Positions 35,124 through 49,417 of a stretch of DNA of 64,000 nucleotides are shown in pieces. The stretch is from assembly GCF_006345805.1 (NCBI RefSeq), contig NC_042997.1, positions 178,374,001-178,438,000 on the forward strand, given 5' to 3'. The DNA comes from Octopus sinensis (Eukaryota). Every line of letters starts with the position of its first letter. Position 1 is the first letter of the stretch. Below the pieces are notes generated by a model. That model was not told the DNA's origin. It saw nothing but the letters and a program-made list of their open reading frames with translations, and did no database searches. A program made the position numbers and the translations under genes.

Positions 35124-36360
35124 AACACATGCACACATACGACTGGTTTCCACAGTTTTCGTCTGCCAAATTCGCTCATCTGGAATTAGTCAACCCAAAA
35201 TTATAATAGAAGACACTTGCTCGAGGCGTCATGCGATAGGACTGAACCCGAAGCCATGTGGATACAAAGCGAACTTCTTAACCATACAACCATACTTGTA
35301 CATACACACAAACACACACGTCCCCTCCCCATACAAATCAACACGACGGTACTTCCATTTACGTCTGTTGATTTTCCTTCTTTCAGGTAACTGACTTCTG
35401 TTGGTTTCTACTCATTTAAAATCAAGTGTCCACAGTTATAATTTGTGCATTTTTTTATTTTGTTATTAGACGTTGGACATTGATTTGTTGTCACTTTTGC
35501 GATAGAGAAACTTCCAAGGACTTCGTTACTACAGTAACAATAGATTTTTGATTTATCAAAGTAAGGTGATATTTATATTAGCAATCTGTTGGCGCTTGTA
35601 AGTGCTTGTCAAATGTTGAGTGAATGGGATGGAACGCCATCTCAGAACATTTGTATTACGATTGGGTTCCATGTTTTTAGTCCATGATGCCTGTTCGGCA
35701 ACTCTACAATTCTATTATAGAGAAGAACTCTGTGTGTGTTTTCTATCGATTTTTTTTATATCTTTCGATTGTTTCAGTCATTAGACAGCGGCCATGCTGG
35801 AGCACCGCATTGAAGAATTTTAGTCGAACGAATCCGGACGCTTCCAGAAAAAATAATTCAGTAACCGTTGGAAAACCGATTGTAGCAGTGACTCGAACAA
35901 TTGCTAGGGATATCTGAAAAAGGAATTTTTATATTCCAAAATATTATATCAGACTATGGATAATTAAATTATAACAGTTATTATAGCCCATTGTCGTTAT
36001 TATAGTGCATTGATGTACCATTCAAAACACATTATATTTTACAAACAATACACAATGCTTCAAGCGAACTACAATACCCTCCTAGACATACATACAAACA
36101 TACATACATGCAAGCATACATATATATATACATGTATAAGTATGGGATTATATAAACACAATTTATTGCAGTCCGACAATGGCATAGCTGGCCGAACTTC
36201 GAAGTCACTGTCGAGAACATTGTTTTATAAGAAAAATTCTTGATACAGTATTATAAATACTTGAAAAAAAAAATGAGTAGAGATGGCTTTTTTGGGTGGA
36301 TAATTTTTAATTAAGATTAAAATAAAAATTATGCTCCCAAAAAAGCCAGCTCTACTCATA

Positions 36361-36412
<52 letters not shown>

Positions 36413-37246
36413 TAAAACATATGCATATATACATACATATATGTACATACCTACCTCTACATGTATATAACATGCATATATGGGTACAGGACGCCAAAAA
36501 AAAAACCTTGAACACAATGAGAAACGAAAACATAAACACAAAACCGAGGAAATTAACATTTTTTTTAAACAACGAAAAAATAGAGTACAGGACATACAAA
36601 CAAGGAAAATTCCCCTTTTATCTCGTTTGGCTTAACAGCCCTCCTTGTTTGTGTTACTGTTATTCTCCGTTGTCCTGTTTATATTTTGTACTGTCGTTAC
36701 TGTCCTGTTTTTGTTACCATATTTACTCCACGGCAAAAAAAATCTCAAATTTGATTTAATTTGATTTCCGCGGGAAGGAAAATTTCATTGAAGTCATGTA
36801 TCGCCTGACCTTCGAAACGTGGAGTAGATGAAATTAAGGCGATATTATTAGAGGAGGAAAAAGCAAAACCAAGGCAGAACGAGAATCTCAAGTCATTTAG
36901 AATATATATATAAGATGAGATTCTTTCAGTGTTCGTCTACCAAATCCAGTCACAAGGCTTTGGTGGCCTGAGGCTATAGTGAAAGACACTTGCCCAAGGA
37001 TCCACGCAGTGCAGTGGGACTGAACGCGGAACCATATGTTTGGTAAGCAAGCTACTTTCCACACAGCCACACTTACGTATATATTTTACAAGATGAGTGG
37101 TAACGGTGACTTCTAAGTTTCAGCTTGCTAGCATTCATTGGACGACCCAATATAAGCTAGCAGGCCGAAGCTTCGAAGTCACTATCACTACTTTTCTTGT
37201 AAAAGTTTAATACTCTACAAAATGTTTTAAGTAATCCTTCACTTTA

Positions 37247-37478
37247 ATATTCTGTTGTATCTGGGGAGAGTCATTTTCTTTTTGTGCCTTATAATGTAAC
37301 ACACTCACCGGTAAAATTTCCACTATTTCTTATTTCTATTTTATTGACTATTGAAAAGGTTGTAAAACGCAATGAAAATTTTAGGAAAATAAAAATAAGT
37401 AGAAATTTTACCGGTGAGTGTTTTACATTATAAGGCACACACAAAAAAAAATGACTCTCGCCAGAGACAACAGAATAT
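37247..37478. mobile_element. Palindromic MITE (~80-bp TIRs)
   Basis: atattctgttgtatctggggagagtcatttt...caccggtaaaatttc / gaaattttaccggtg...atgactctcgccagagacaacagaatat. Confidence 0.75.
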
Positions 37479-37809
37479 GCTTCAACACACGAACTCATAT
37501 AAAGAATCTTGCAAACCAAATCCAAAAATGAAATATAATTCACTTTAATACTTTAATATAAAATAGTTTTTAATTATAACTCGACATAAAAACAAGAGTA
37601 TATAAACACACACACACATACACATGCACCACCCATAGTCATCAATCGCAAGCGAGTATGACGTGGTAGCATCTACCATGATTTTGCTAACTGCTTTTAG
37701 GTGTTACTGTAGTCGCAAACAGACATAGACATTTTCTTGGCTGTTCCGCTCTTGATCCATCCAATTAGCCAAGATATATCAGTTGGAGAGAGAGAGAGAG
37801 AGAGAGGAG

Positions 37810-37840
<31 letters not shown>

Positions 37841-38949
37841 GGTGTACCAGGGATGGGCTGGTACTGATTTTCAGCTGGGTAGATCACGTTGAGTGGAGGC
37901 GCGTGGCTTAGTGGTTAGGGTGTCAGCATCATGATCGTAAGATTGTGGTTTTGATTCCTGGACCAGGCGACGCATTGTGTTCTTGAGCAAAACACTTCAT
38001 TTCACGTTGCTCCAGTCCACTCATCTGGCAAAAATGAGTAACGCTGCGATGGACTGGCGTACCGTCCAGCTGGGGAACACACACGCCATAGAAACCGGGA
38101 AACTGGGCCCATGAGCCTGGCTAGGCTTGAAAAGGGCGCAAAGGGGAAACGGGAAGATCACGTTGAATGATGTTGCTTTTCTCAAGGAACTACAATGCCG
38201 AACTTGGTTCACGAATCGAACCTGCGATCTTATAGTTGTGAGCATAGCACGCTAGCCACGGGGCCACCCATATACATAATACATACATACACACACACAC
38301 ACACGCACAGGTGCATACACACGTACGCTATTGTATGAAGGAAGCGCGTAGTTTCATCCGTCGTCACATTAGGCAGGCAACGATGCATTAGCCATCTGTG
38401 CAGAAGCAAAGAAAAGGAGGAAAATAAATAACAGAGATAGGAAGGAAACATATCTGTAATTCTTCAATGTATTAATAAATACACAGATATATATATATAT
38501 ATGAATATATATATAACATAATATAATATAATGTAATATACTCTAATATAATATAATATAATATAATATAATATATATATATATATATGCACAGGCGCGC
38601 ACACACAAAAGTACTGTATGTGATTATGGAACGAAACTTCATACCATTCATACCCATTATATGAACACTGCTGAAAGATTACAATTACGCTAGAGCTGTC
38701 ATCATGTGTAAGTAAGTGATGTTCATTCCTGCAAGTGAAGAGTTACTTTCGAAAAATATAGAATAAATAACTAGAAGCACAAAAGTAAACATTTAGCGAA
38801 ATTCCCCCCTCTCCAGGTGCAAAATTAATTCAGCTAGTCATCTGGTGGAATGGAATAAACTATCTAAGCATTGCTTACCTACAATACGAATACTAATAAT
38901 AAAAATGGTTACATTTTTATTATTGCATTTCATATATATATATATGCAT

Positions 38950-38991
<42 letters not shown>

Positions 38992-39487
38992 ATATATATG
39001 AAATAAATATTTGAAGGAAAAAGGTAACCAAATTGCATATGAATTGACGAGGTGGGAAACTTTCATAAAATTCAATTTTCATCTGTTTGCTAAATAGAAG
39101 TACGTGTTTCCTTTATTATATGTTCTTATGCGATTTTTGCTGTATTAAAATTTCATTTTTTTAAAAAATTCTTTTTTTAAAATTCTTTTTTTATTTGGAA
39201 CCAGATGTTTCTCAGAACGTGATGCTTTGTCAAAAATGAAAATGTGAGGCTTTTAAGGATTCGCGTTGCGTTATAAATATTTGAAATGGAAAAATGTACA
39301 AAATTTTCTGATCATGAATGCAATGGAGATGTTTAAGAAGGACATTTTTAAAATGGTTGAAAATGAGGTCTCCACCTGCTGCCGTCTATTAAGTATCGCT
39401 ATTATCTCCAGGTGTTCCGTGCACGCAAATGATATTTGTAATATTTATTAAGCATGGGCGTATATTTGTGTGTGCGTGTATATATAT

Positions 39488-39548
<61 letters not shown>

Positions 39549-39573
39549 GTATACTTATATATACATATGTATA

Positions 39574-39623
<50 letters not shown>

Positions 39624-39857
39624 ATATATACATATGTATACTTATATATATATATATATATTATATATATATATACATATGTATACTTATATATATATAT
39701 ATTATAATGTGAAATAGAAAGATGAATAATCTTGTAGTAGATTAATCAAAAGTTTAACCGATACCTTAGTAGCAAAAATCACAGCAGTGAACAGCACGGT
39801 TGGAGGTACAACCATCTGGCGTTGCAACCGTGCGTTGGTGCGGATAATTGAAATTAA

Positions 39858-40169
39858 AACATTATTGGTGAATTGAAGAAATGGAGCTGAACGCAGATTG
39901 AACAGAAATCGTTTTATCATTCTACACGTGTTTCGAAGGCACAAATTACCAAATCCGATTGAATAATGGGACCATATTGTGTCTTTCTCTTCAGGAAGAA
40001 AAAAGGAAAAAAGGATTTCCTTTTTCTTCCTGAAGAGAAAGACACAATATGGTCCCATTATTCAATCGGATTTTGGTAATTTGTGCCTTTCGAAACACGT
40101 GTAGAATGAAATAAAACGATTTCTGTTCAATCTGCGTTCAGCTCCATTTCTTCAATTCACCAATAATGT

Positions 40170-40170
<1 letters not shown>
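39858..40170. repeat. 313-bp near-perfect palindrome
   Basis: Arms of about 150 bp differ only by short homopolymer-length indels; centre aaaaggaaaaaaggatttcctttt. Confidence 0.95.
40022..40111 (+). ncRNA. Canonical-core type I hammerhead fold (mirror copy 39915-40002 on minus strand)
   Basis: UUUUCUUC-CUGAAGA-GAAAG(A)CACAA...UUGUG(C)CUUUC-GAAA-CACGUG-UA^GAAUGAAA. The core is fully canonical and helix III is palindromic. Confidence 0.8.
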
Positions 40171-40207
<37 letters not shown>

Positions 40208-40212
40208 ATACT

Positions 40213-40258
<46 letters not shown>

Positions 40259-41286
40259 GTATGTATGTATATCACATATTACATACATACATATACTGGT
40301 GGGTAGATTAGAGATCACTATCACCATTGTTATGATTATTTGGCAGTATTATTAGCGTATCGGACAAAATAATTAGCGTCATTATGTTCTGAGTTCAAAT
40401 ACCGTCTAGGTTGACTTTGCTTTTCATCCTTTTGGAGTCAATGAAATAAGTACCAATCAAGTATTGGTATCGATGTAATCGACTAGCCCCCCCACCTCAC
40501 TCCAAAATTAAGGTCTTGTGCCTATAGTAGAAATGAATTGTTGTTGCTGTTGCTGTCTTCTTTTCTTCTTCTTCTTCTTCTTCTTCTTCTTCTTCTTCTT
40601 CCAATCAGGACTCACGCCATTAGCCACCAAGAATAATCTCTAATTCGAGCCTACTCTAAGCTACTAAGAATGCGTGTGGCAACTTGAAGATCCACCCACC
40701 ACACGCGATAGACTGGAGGTTGCACGGGCGCGAAAGCTACGTTGCTATCCTCATTCCATAAACGGTGGCTTTTAACGGGTGGAGAGCTGAACCATCCTGG
40801 GGTACAAAGGATTCGCAATCTAGACTAGGGTCTGAAACTTTACCACACCATAGTGTGGTTACACCATGGTTCCTCTACTTTGTGGAAGAAGTAGGAAGAA
40901 AGAGAAAGTTGTGGTGAAAGAGTACAGCGGGGTTCACCACCACCCCACCGGAGGATCGTGGAGCTTAGGTGCTTTTGTTCAATAAACACTCACAATGAGT
41001 GGTCTGGGAATCGAAACCGCGTTCTTACGACCGCGAGTCTGCTGCCCTAACCACTGGGCCATTGATGTTGTTGCTGTTGTGGTGGATTGATAGAACCGTT
41101 ACTGTCGGATAAAATGCCTTGAACTATTCGTCCCGGTTCTTTAGGTTCTGAGTTCAAATTCTGGCAAGGTCAACTTTGCTTTTGATCCTCCCGAAGTCGA
41201 TAAATTAAAGTACGAGTCAAGTCCTAGAGTGGTTGATTTAATCGACTGCCAATCAAAGTACCAACATTCAATGGAAGTGGTTTGTC

Positions 41287-41320
<34 letters not shown>

Positions 41321-41435
41321 GGGAGAGAGTGTGTCTCCTTGTCATAGGATTTTATGCCAGAAAGGATAAGGAAAGTGATATATCCAGTTTTGCAAATAAC
41401 AGTCAGTTTCTATATGCCATCGAAAAAAGTGCGAG

Positions 41436-41527
<92 letters not shown>

Positions 41528-42139
41528 CAGACTGATAGACAGAGAGCTCGCGCCGATGTATAGCAACATGTGAGCTCTTTCGTTTTGGACAGAGCAAAGT
41601 GAAACGTGTGGCTGCTGTTTTACTGACGACGAAGCGAGAAGACCGGCGTGGCTCCTGCGCTACATGTTTGCCCGTAGATCACTAGCGTGGTATATGAGAG
41701 AGGCGGATACGATAATCATGACCAGATGCATTAGTGCTAATCCGAATACTTAGTTTTTTGTCACACCTGCGCCATAATATTACTTTCAAGTTTTGGCACA
41801 ATACCCGCAATTTCGGGGAAGGGATAGATAAATTAGATCGACCCCAGGGCTCAACTGGTGCTTATTATATCCTCCCCGAAAGGGTGAAGGTCAAAGTCGA
41901 CCCAGACGGAATTTGATGTCGGGACGTAAAAGGCGGACGAAATGCCGTTAAGCATTTTGCTCACGTGCTAACGATCATGTCAGCTCATCGCCTTACATCT
42001 GTGCCATAACATTAGCAGTTGACAAGCTCATAAATTACCCGCAATAACAAGTCATAAAACCCCTCGAACACCACTAAACTATCTTCGAAAATATTTAGCT
42101 TCAGTTCAGAAGATCCAGATGGCAATTGAGAGAGGGCAA

Positions 42140-42373
42140 AAGGCGGCGAGCTGGCAGAAACGTTAGCACGCCGGGCGAAATGCGTAGCCGTATTTCGTCT
42201 GTCGTTACGTTCCGAGTTCAAATTGCGCCGAGGTCGACTTTGCCTTTCATCCTTTCGGGGTCGATAAATTAAGTACCAGTTACGCACTGGGGTCGATGTA
42301 ATCGACTTAATCCCTTTGTCTGTCCTTGTTTCTCTCCCCTCTGTGTTTAGTCCCTTGTGGGTAGTAAAGAAAT
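42140..42373 (+). mobile_element. Young full-length Deu/Nin-domain SINE (family C)
   Basis: 16-bp TSD AATTGAGAGAGGGCAA (42124-42139 and 42374-42389); CpGs intact. Confidence 0.9.
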
Positions 42374-42430
42374 AATTGAGAGAGGGCAAGGAACATCTAA
42401 TGCAGAACGTGTTTCACACTTTGCCATTGT

Positions 42431-42484
<54 letters not shown>

Positions 42485-44290
42485 AGAGAGAGGGGCAAAT
42501 AAAACCCATTCTTTACAGCGGGGAAAAATGGTTGGGTATTGGTTTGGTCCAGCAATTCGAACCCGCAAAGCATATATAATATGAAAGCCTACTACAGAAC
42601 AAAATAATGATTGTGTCAAGGCCGTGTCTGCAGATAAGGAGATTAGAAACGAGAAGGGGAAATAAACATATATATAAATATATAATTCTGAAAAATTTGT
42701 TCACCATTTGGATTTTCTCTCTTGTTAGGTGTGCCAAAAGTCTTCCAGCTAGTTATTTAGAGCTTCTGTTCATCGCACCTTCTTCAGTTCAGCGGATTTA
42801 ATGAATGAACGAGTGAATGGAGGAATAAAGGAATAAATAAAACAACCTTAAAAAAAAAACAAAAAAAAACAGTAAAATAAATTACTGCGCAAGCTGAACT
42901 AAAATCTAATCTCAACCAGTTTTAAGAAGAAATCAATAATTTCTAAAATGTTTCTAACGGGTGTTTGTTGTTTCCTGTAAATCTTAGATGTTAAGTTTGG
43001 TCTCCTGCACAAACACTGAAAGCGCGTCTACATAACGAATAGGCAACTACGGATGTTAGCTTATTATATGTATTTATGCATGCCTGTATGCATACAGGTA
43101 CGTTATTATGCATGCCTGTACATGTATATATTTATATGCAAATATGCAAGCGCATACGTATGTATGTATGCATGCATGTATGCAAGTATGCTTGCATGAA
43201 TGTATGTATGGATATATGTATGTATGCTGTATATCATTATTCAGTTTTATTTCAAGATTTCTTGCCAATAGAGAAAGAACCGGTTTCTAACCTAGACCCA
43301 AGGCTCCTTCATTGGAATTTCAACATCAACAACAGGGTATTTTTTTATGTATGTATGTATGTATGTATGTATGTATGTATGTATGTATGTATGTATGTAT
43401 GTATGTATGTATGTCATTCAGCCTATTTCGAAATTTCTTGCTAATAGAGAAAGAACCGGTTTCTAACCTAGATCCTGTATGTATGTATGTATGTATGTAT
43501 GTATGTATGTATGTATGTATGTATGTATGTATGTATGTATGTATGTATGTATGCATGTATGTATGTATGTATATGTGCCGATTTATATGTTTTGTTTTAT
43601 GTGTGTCTTCTCATGCAGGTACTTGCATATGTAGACATGCTCGTATATACTTAAATGGTAAACTTCTGGAAAGTTTTACAGATTTTTACAGTTCCAATGA
43701 TGGATTGGATTTGTAGTCTTCGAATGTATGTAAGTATGTATGTATGTGTGTGTATATGAGCGTGTGTGTATGTGTGTGCATGTATGTGACCGTGTGTGTA
43801 TCGTTGGCGATACACACGCCTTTCATCCTTTCGGGGTCGAAAAATTGAATACCAGTTGCGTACTGGGGTTGATCTAATCGACTGGTCCCCTCCCTCAAAA
43901 TTTCGGGCCTTGTACCTGATGTAGAAAAGAATATTTTAAAAACTAGTTTTAAAGAAACTTCTTTCAAAATTCCTATTTAGTTTTTTCACACATTCCCTTG
44001 TGTAGCTTGAACTATGTAAAATGTTAGAGAAAGGAACCAAGAACCACTGATTTAGGCCATGTTCTTTTTTCCCAGCTTGAAGACAAGATAATATGTCAAG
44101 CAGGAAAATAGGCAGCCTACGATATCAGCAGAAGAAGAAGAAAACCTTGGGGAAAGAGGAGTTCATGGTTCGGTGGTGACTGAAGATGCACGTGATAAGG
44201 CTGGCGAAAATACGAGGAGGCCTTTTGTGCCAACTGCTGGAGGCAGGAGAAGTATCAGTACTAAGTGAAATCATTACAACAATATCCTCA

Positions 44291-44364
<74 letters not shown>

Positions 44365-44366
<2 letters not shown>

Positions 44367-44595
44367 ATTTCTTTATTGCCCACAAGGGGCTAAACATAGA
44401 GGGGACAAACAAGGACAGACAAAGGGATTAAGTCAATTACATCGATCCCAGTGTTTCACTGGTACTTAATTTATTGACCCCGAAAGGATGAAAGTCAAAG
44501 TCGACCTCGGCGGAATTTGAACTCAGAACGTAACGGCAGACGAAATACGGCTACGCATTTCGCCCAGCGTGCTAACGTTTCTGCCAGCTCGCCTT
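44365..44595 (-). mobile_element. Family C SINE
   Basis: Reverse complement of 42140-42373, flanked by (CTA)n. Confidence 0.85.
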
Positions 44596-44601
44596 CTTCT
44601 T

Positions 44602-44649
<48 letters not shown>

Positions 44650-46379
44650 TGCGACAACGTCGGTGTTTGTCTCCAAGCGATCGCACAGCCTGCTCGAAAT
44701 AACAACCAAACGTTTTTCAAATCGCAGGAAGTGTTCGGCGCTAGAACGCTTTTCATCGTGGGTTTGCCTAGGGCTAAAAGACGATGATTATTGATTATTA
44801 TGCCATTTCAAATGTAAGTAACTTTGCAAGTCCGACAAACAGTATGTTTTAACATGGCTTTCACACATTTGTCCATAAAACGAATAAGAACCAGTTGAAT
44901 ACCAAAATAATATCTTAAGTTATTTAGATTTATGTCTTTATAATTTGAGTTCAAGTTCCGCCAAGTTCAACTTTAACTCACATTTCGCCGAAGTCAATAA
45001 ACCAAATACTAGTAATAACATTCATTTCAAATCATAGTTACCACGTTCGAGTACATTCGAACGTGAGAAGACCTTCCGCATTGGAAATAGATCTGGGGAG
45101 AATGCGTTTGTGCCTTGTTTTGTTTCGTCATCTACGAACATTATATGTCAACGGGAACGAATTTAATCTAATTAAAAGAGCTTACGGTACATTTGCTGAT
45201 GTGCATAAAGCTTGGGCAAGCAGCATTGAATAACATGTATTTGTGTAAAGTAATATTTTATACGCTCGACTGCATTCGGATGGGAGAAGACCTTTCGCTG
45301 CAGAAATAGTCTCGGTAAAAATTCTTCTCTTAGACATGTATAAAAGCACTTGTAGAGTAGTGAATATTTAATTTACTATCATCTACCATATTACTTGTGC
45401 CTTTGTGCTTATGTTAGAAATCCTTATTATTAATATTTCCAGAACTATTCAGCACACCCAACAGAGCTTCAGATTTAATACTTGTAATGTTCTGAGTTCT
45501 AAATTCCGCCTGGAACGGCATTATCTTTCAGTTTTCCGGTTCTGTTGTCGAGTACCAGTCAGCTATTGGAATCGTTCCGTTAGACGCATTACGTCTTGCT
45601 TTCTGAACACGTGGATTTTCAAAATAAAATTAAGTAGAAAAGTATTATAATTAATGTTGAAATTCTACATAGAAAGCCAATTAATGAAGTGTTTGAGATA
45701 ATTTTTCCTCGTTTGGAAGAAAATCTTAAATTTATGAATAAAATAGATTTTTCTTCATTGCTACGCAAAATGGCTTCTTCAGTCAGAAATACCTATACCC
45801 TCTTCCTCCTCTCCACGTTGTCTAAAACGATACTGAACGAACAAGTTTTATGACTATTAAGCAAAAATATTTTAAAAAATCTGCCACAAGAATATTTTCA
45901 GGAATAACAAAACAAAAGTAGTGATATCTTTTTTACACAGTAACATGAGTGAGTGCATTCCATTTCTGACGATACTTTTATCAACAACACTCATTTATCC
46001 AGCATTCTACTAAGTGAGAATGCTAGCTGCAATGGAAGGAGTTCCTCTGACGCCAGTGGACATATGCTGTTTTAGGGTTTAAATGGGTTCCAGTTGGAGA
46101 AGGAAGCGTAATAGAAAATTGTGTCTGTTTGCCAAGGAATTTATCCAAGAACAAGCAAGCAGGAAAGTGACCTGTATTTGTATCATGTAAAGAAAGTAGG
46201 GAACTTTCACTATGCCCTAAAAAAACGAATGATAGAGGATGATGTGTAGATGATGTGAGGGGAAGTGTATTAACTGTCAACCAAGGCAAAGCGTAAAGAA
46301 TATCTTCTTGATTACCGAGACAGGTATAAGCTAGGTAAGACAGGCGATAAATAGAGATAGTGCGACACACATATTCCCA

Positions 46380-46857
46380 TCGGCTTATGTCTCAATACAT
46401 GGGCTAGCGAAATTCAAAGGTTGCGCTGTCAGGAGCATTGGAAGTAATATTGACTGCTGGCTCATTGTCAAATTTTTAGCACAAATAGGCCGGTGGTTAG
46501 TGCAAATGTGCAGAAAAATTACGTGGAGTTGCAAGTCTAAATAACCTCTTGAAATACAGGGCTATTCCAGAGTTATGCACCATCGTTGGTGTGGAAACAC
46601 CTACGGTGGAGTATATTATTACAATCTGCTCTTTTCCCCCGTTTCAAAGTGAGCAGCGCGCACTTCGAAATACCGAATTCTATCCTTATATCCTTGCTGC
46701 ACATTTGCACTGTCTCAATCACCCTCTCCATTTCAGGCTCTGTTTTTGCGGATAGTTTTAAACCATCCATGAAGAGAAGGTGGTTGAGACGAGGTCCATT
46801 CTTTCTCAGCTCATAGTGCATATTCATTTTACGTAGGACTACAGGAAGTGTGATCAA
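46380..46857 (-). mobile_element. Degenerate R4/Dong-type RT fragment
   Basis: ORF 46573..46857 reads RLNHLLFMDGLKLSAKTE...FSKDI-like...EFGISKCALLTLKRGK, matching the YMDD-region motif with its catalytic residue mutated. Confidence 0.75.
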
Positions 46858-46878
46858 GCATTATTATTATTATTATTA

Positions 46879-46960
<82 letters not shown>

Positions 46961-46961
46961 C

Positions 46962-48012
46962 AGTAGTTTTATTTTTATAGCGTGCTTTCACTTCACTACC
47001 GAGCGCAGCTCTGTGTGCCTTGGGTATGTGCTGTGATTTGTTGTGATGCTCTGATGGTTATTGTATGGAAAGTGTTCTGCGTAGGATGTGTGCAGTGCCT
47101 AGTAGTGCAATTTTCTGTATGTTATATGTGTTTGTAAGTCCTGGTGTTTTTGTTATGTATTTGTCTGAATATTTTTTTATCATGCCTAATGCACCTACTA
47201 TGATAGGAATTGTTTCTGTTTTTAGATTCCACATTCTGGTTACCTCTATTTCCAGGTCTTTGTATTTTGAAAGTTTCTCCATTTCTTTTAGAGTCACGTT
47301 GTCATCTGCCGGTATTAATACATCAATTAGAAAGCATTTTTTTCTTCATGATCTCTGACAACTATATCTGGTCTGTTGGCCTTAATTTCTCTATTTGTGT
47401 GTATCGGCATATCCCAGAGTATGGTTGCTTTCTCGTTTTCTGTGACCTTTTCTGGTGTGTGCCTATACCATCTTTTTTCTGTTGTTATTCCATAATGTTG
47501 GCATAGCTTCCAGTGTATGTAGGTTCCAACTCTGTCATGTCTGTGAATATATTCCTTCTTAGCCAGGACTGGGCAGCCAGAGATAATATGATTTATTGTT
47601 TCTTGTCCATCTCCACATATTCTGCAGTTACTTGTTATATTTCTTTTCATTACATGTTTTTGGTAATTTCTGGTGGGGAGGCTTTGGTCTTGTGCTGCAA
47701 TTAAAAATCCCCCTGTCTTTGCTTTGAGTTCTGACCTTCTCAACCATTGCTGGGATTTTTCTTTGTCTATTTCTTTTGCATTTAGTTTAGTCCAGTATTT
47801 ACCATGAAGGGGCTTTTCTTGCCATCGTTTTATCATGGCTCTTTGCTGTTCTAGTTTTAGTTTGGATTTCATTTGTTTTATAGCTTTTGTTGTTTCTTCT
47901 TCTTCTTCTTCTTCTTCTTCTTCTTCTTCTTCTTCTTCTTCTTCTTCTTCTTCTTCTTCTTCTTCTTCTTCTTCTTCTTCATCATATTTATTAGGTGGTA
48001 TGATTTTATCAT
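46962..48012 (-). mobile_element. 5'-truncated R4/Dong-type LINE (CCHC zinc finger plus restriction-like endonuclease) within (TAA)n
   Basis: CRICGDGQETINHIISGC (CCHC), RHDRV, RPDIVV and, after a -1 shift in an A-run, CFLIDV...KEMEKLSKYKDL (PD..D..K). (TAA)n flanks both ends. Confidence 0.9.
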
Positions 48013-48020
48013 TATCATCA

Positions 48021-48074
<54 letters not shown>

Positions 48075-48801
48075 TTTCTTCAAATTTTCTTCCGTTTCTC
48101 GCCGGGTGTTTTCCGTACACCTAGGGCAGAGAAGCTCATTGTATGCATTCTCAGATTACACACGCAAATTCACAGGTAAAATATCTATTTAAAAAATAAA
48201 TAAATAAATAAATTCATGGATGAATGTTGTTTTCACAGCGATAATGCTCCTCTCAGTACATGAGTCGTTCCAGTTAACACGATTTTTTGCACTTCCTGTA
48301 GAGATGGTAAGCTTGGTATCATTTTCAAATAGGTTTCAGTACCATTTTTTAAATCATTCCTAGAGATCCTACAAGCAATGGTACTGTAGTCGCCTTGAGA
48401 TGTCACATTTTTTCAATTTCTATTGGCAAGTCTTTATATTTACTGATCTTGTCAAATTCTTTCGCCGCTACATTGTGATCGCAAGGAATACTCATGTCAA
48501 TTAATAAACACACCTCTTTTGTCTAATCTTTTACAATAATATCCGGTTTATTAGCTTTTATAGTTTTGTCGGTATGTACGGGGAAGTCCCATAGAATCGA
48601 CACATTTTCTCCCTCAGTCACGGCTTCAGGATGGTGTCAGCGGTTTTGATTTTATAATGCCGACATATTGTCCAGTGTAAATACTGGCCGACTCTGTCAT
48701 GTCTTGCTTTATATTCTACAGAATCGCCATTTTGGGTTAGCTCCATTTTTTATCACATTGACTTAGTAGTTCCGGGTTAATAAGCTTTGGTCTTGAGCAG
48801 C

Positions 48802-48853
<52 letters not shown>

Positions 48854-49015
48854 TATTATTATTATTATGATTATTATTATTATAATTATAATTATTATTA
48901 TTATTATTATTATTATATTATTATTATATTATTATTATTGTTGTTGTTGTTGTTGTTGTTGTTATTGTTATTATTATTATTATATTATTATTATTATATT
49001 ATTATTATTATTATT

Positions 49016-49350
49016 GAGTGAGAGAGCAGTTCATGCCATCAAAGTGACACTGGGGTAAAATATACGAAGCCCAGTATACCCATCATGACTACCCGTCTGA
49101 TAAGGGTACACCAGGCACATGCATCACAACCACGTGTGCGCGACATGGTGATCTCATATCAAGATAAACAGCACATGACCTTGCAGGTGGGGCCCAGTTA
49201 GAATTTTCTTCAGGTCGAGTAACCCATCCCACTCGAAAGGTCTCTGAATAAGGGTTGTTTAAGGATGTTGAACGAAACACCCATCTTTCCAGAGGTGAAT
49301 TATTCAAACCCCAAAGAATCCCTCTCAACACACGGCTATAATGCTCCCCC
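49016..49350 (-). mobile_element. Non-autonomous (TAA)n-associated retroelement (family G), 5'-truncated
   Basis: Same fixed end (gagtgagagagcag...) as 49418-49894 and 52597-53150; TTA repeats on both sides. Confidence 0.75.
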
Positions 49351-49386
49351 GTTATTATTATTATATTATTATTATTATTATTATTA

Positions 49387-49417
<31 letters not shown>

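Noticed and set aside
35470-35570. Possible exon (ttattAG...TCAAA|GTAAGG, RWTLICCHFCDRETSKDF...)
   Set aside because: No recognisable homology and no neighbouring exons to support a gene.
36720-36835. Hairpin plus GAAACG resembling a hammerhead; similar weak cases at 23161-23215, 23385-23425 and 57010-57090
   Set aside because: No recognisable CUGANGA core or valid NUH site.
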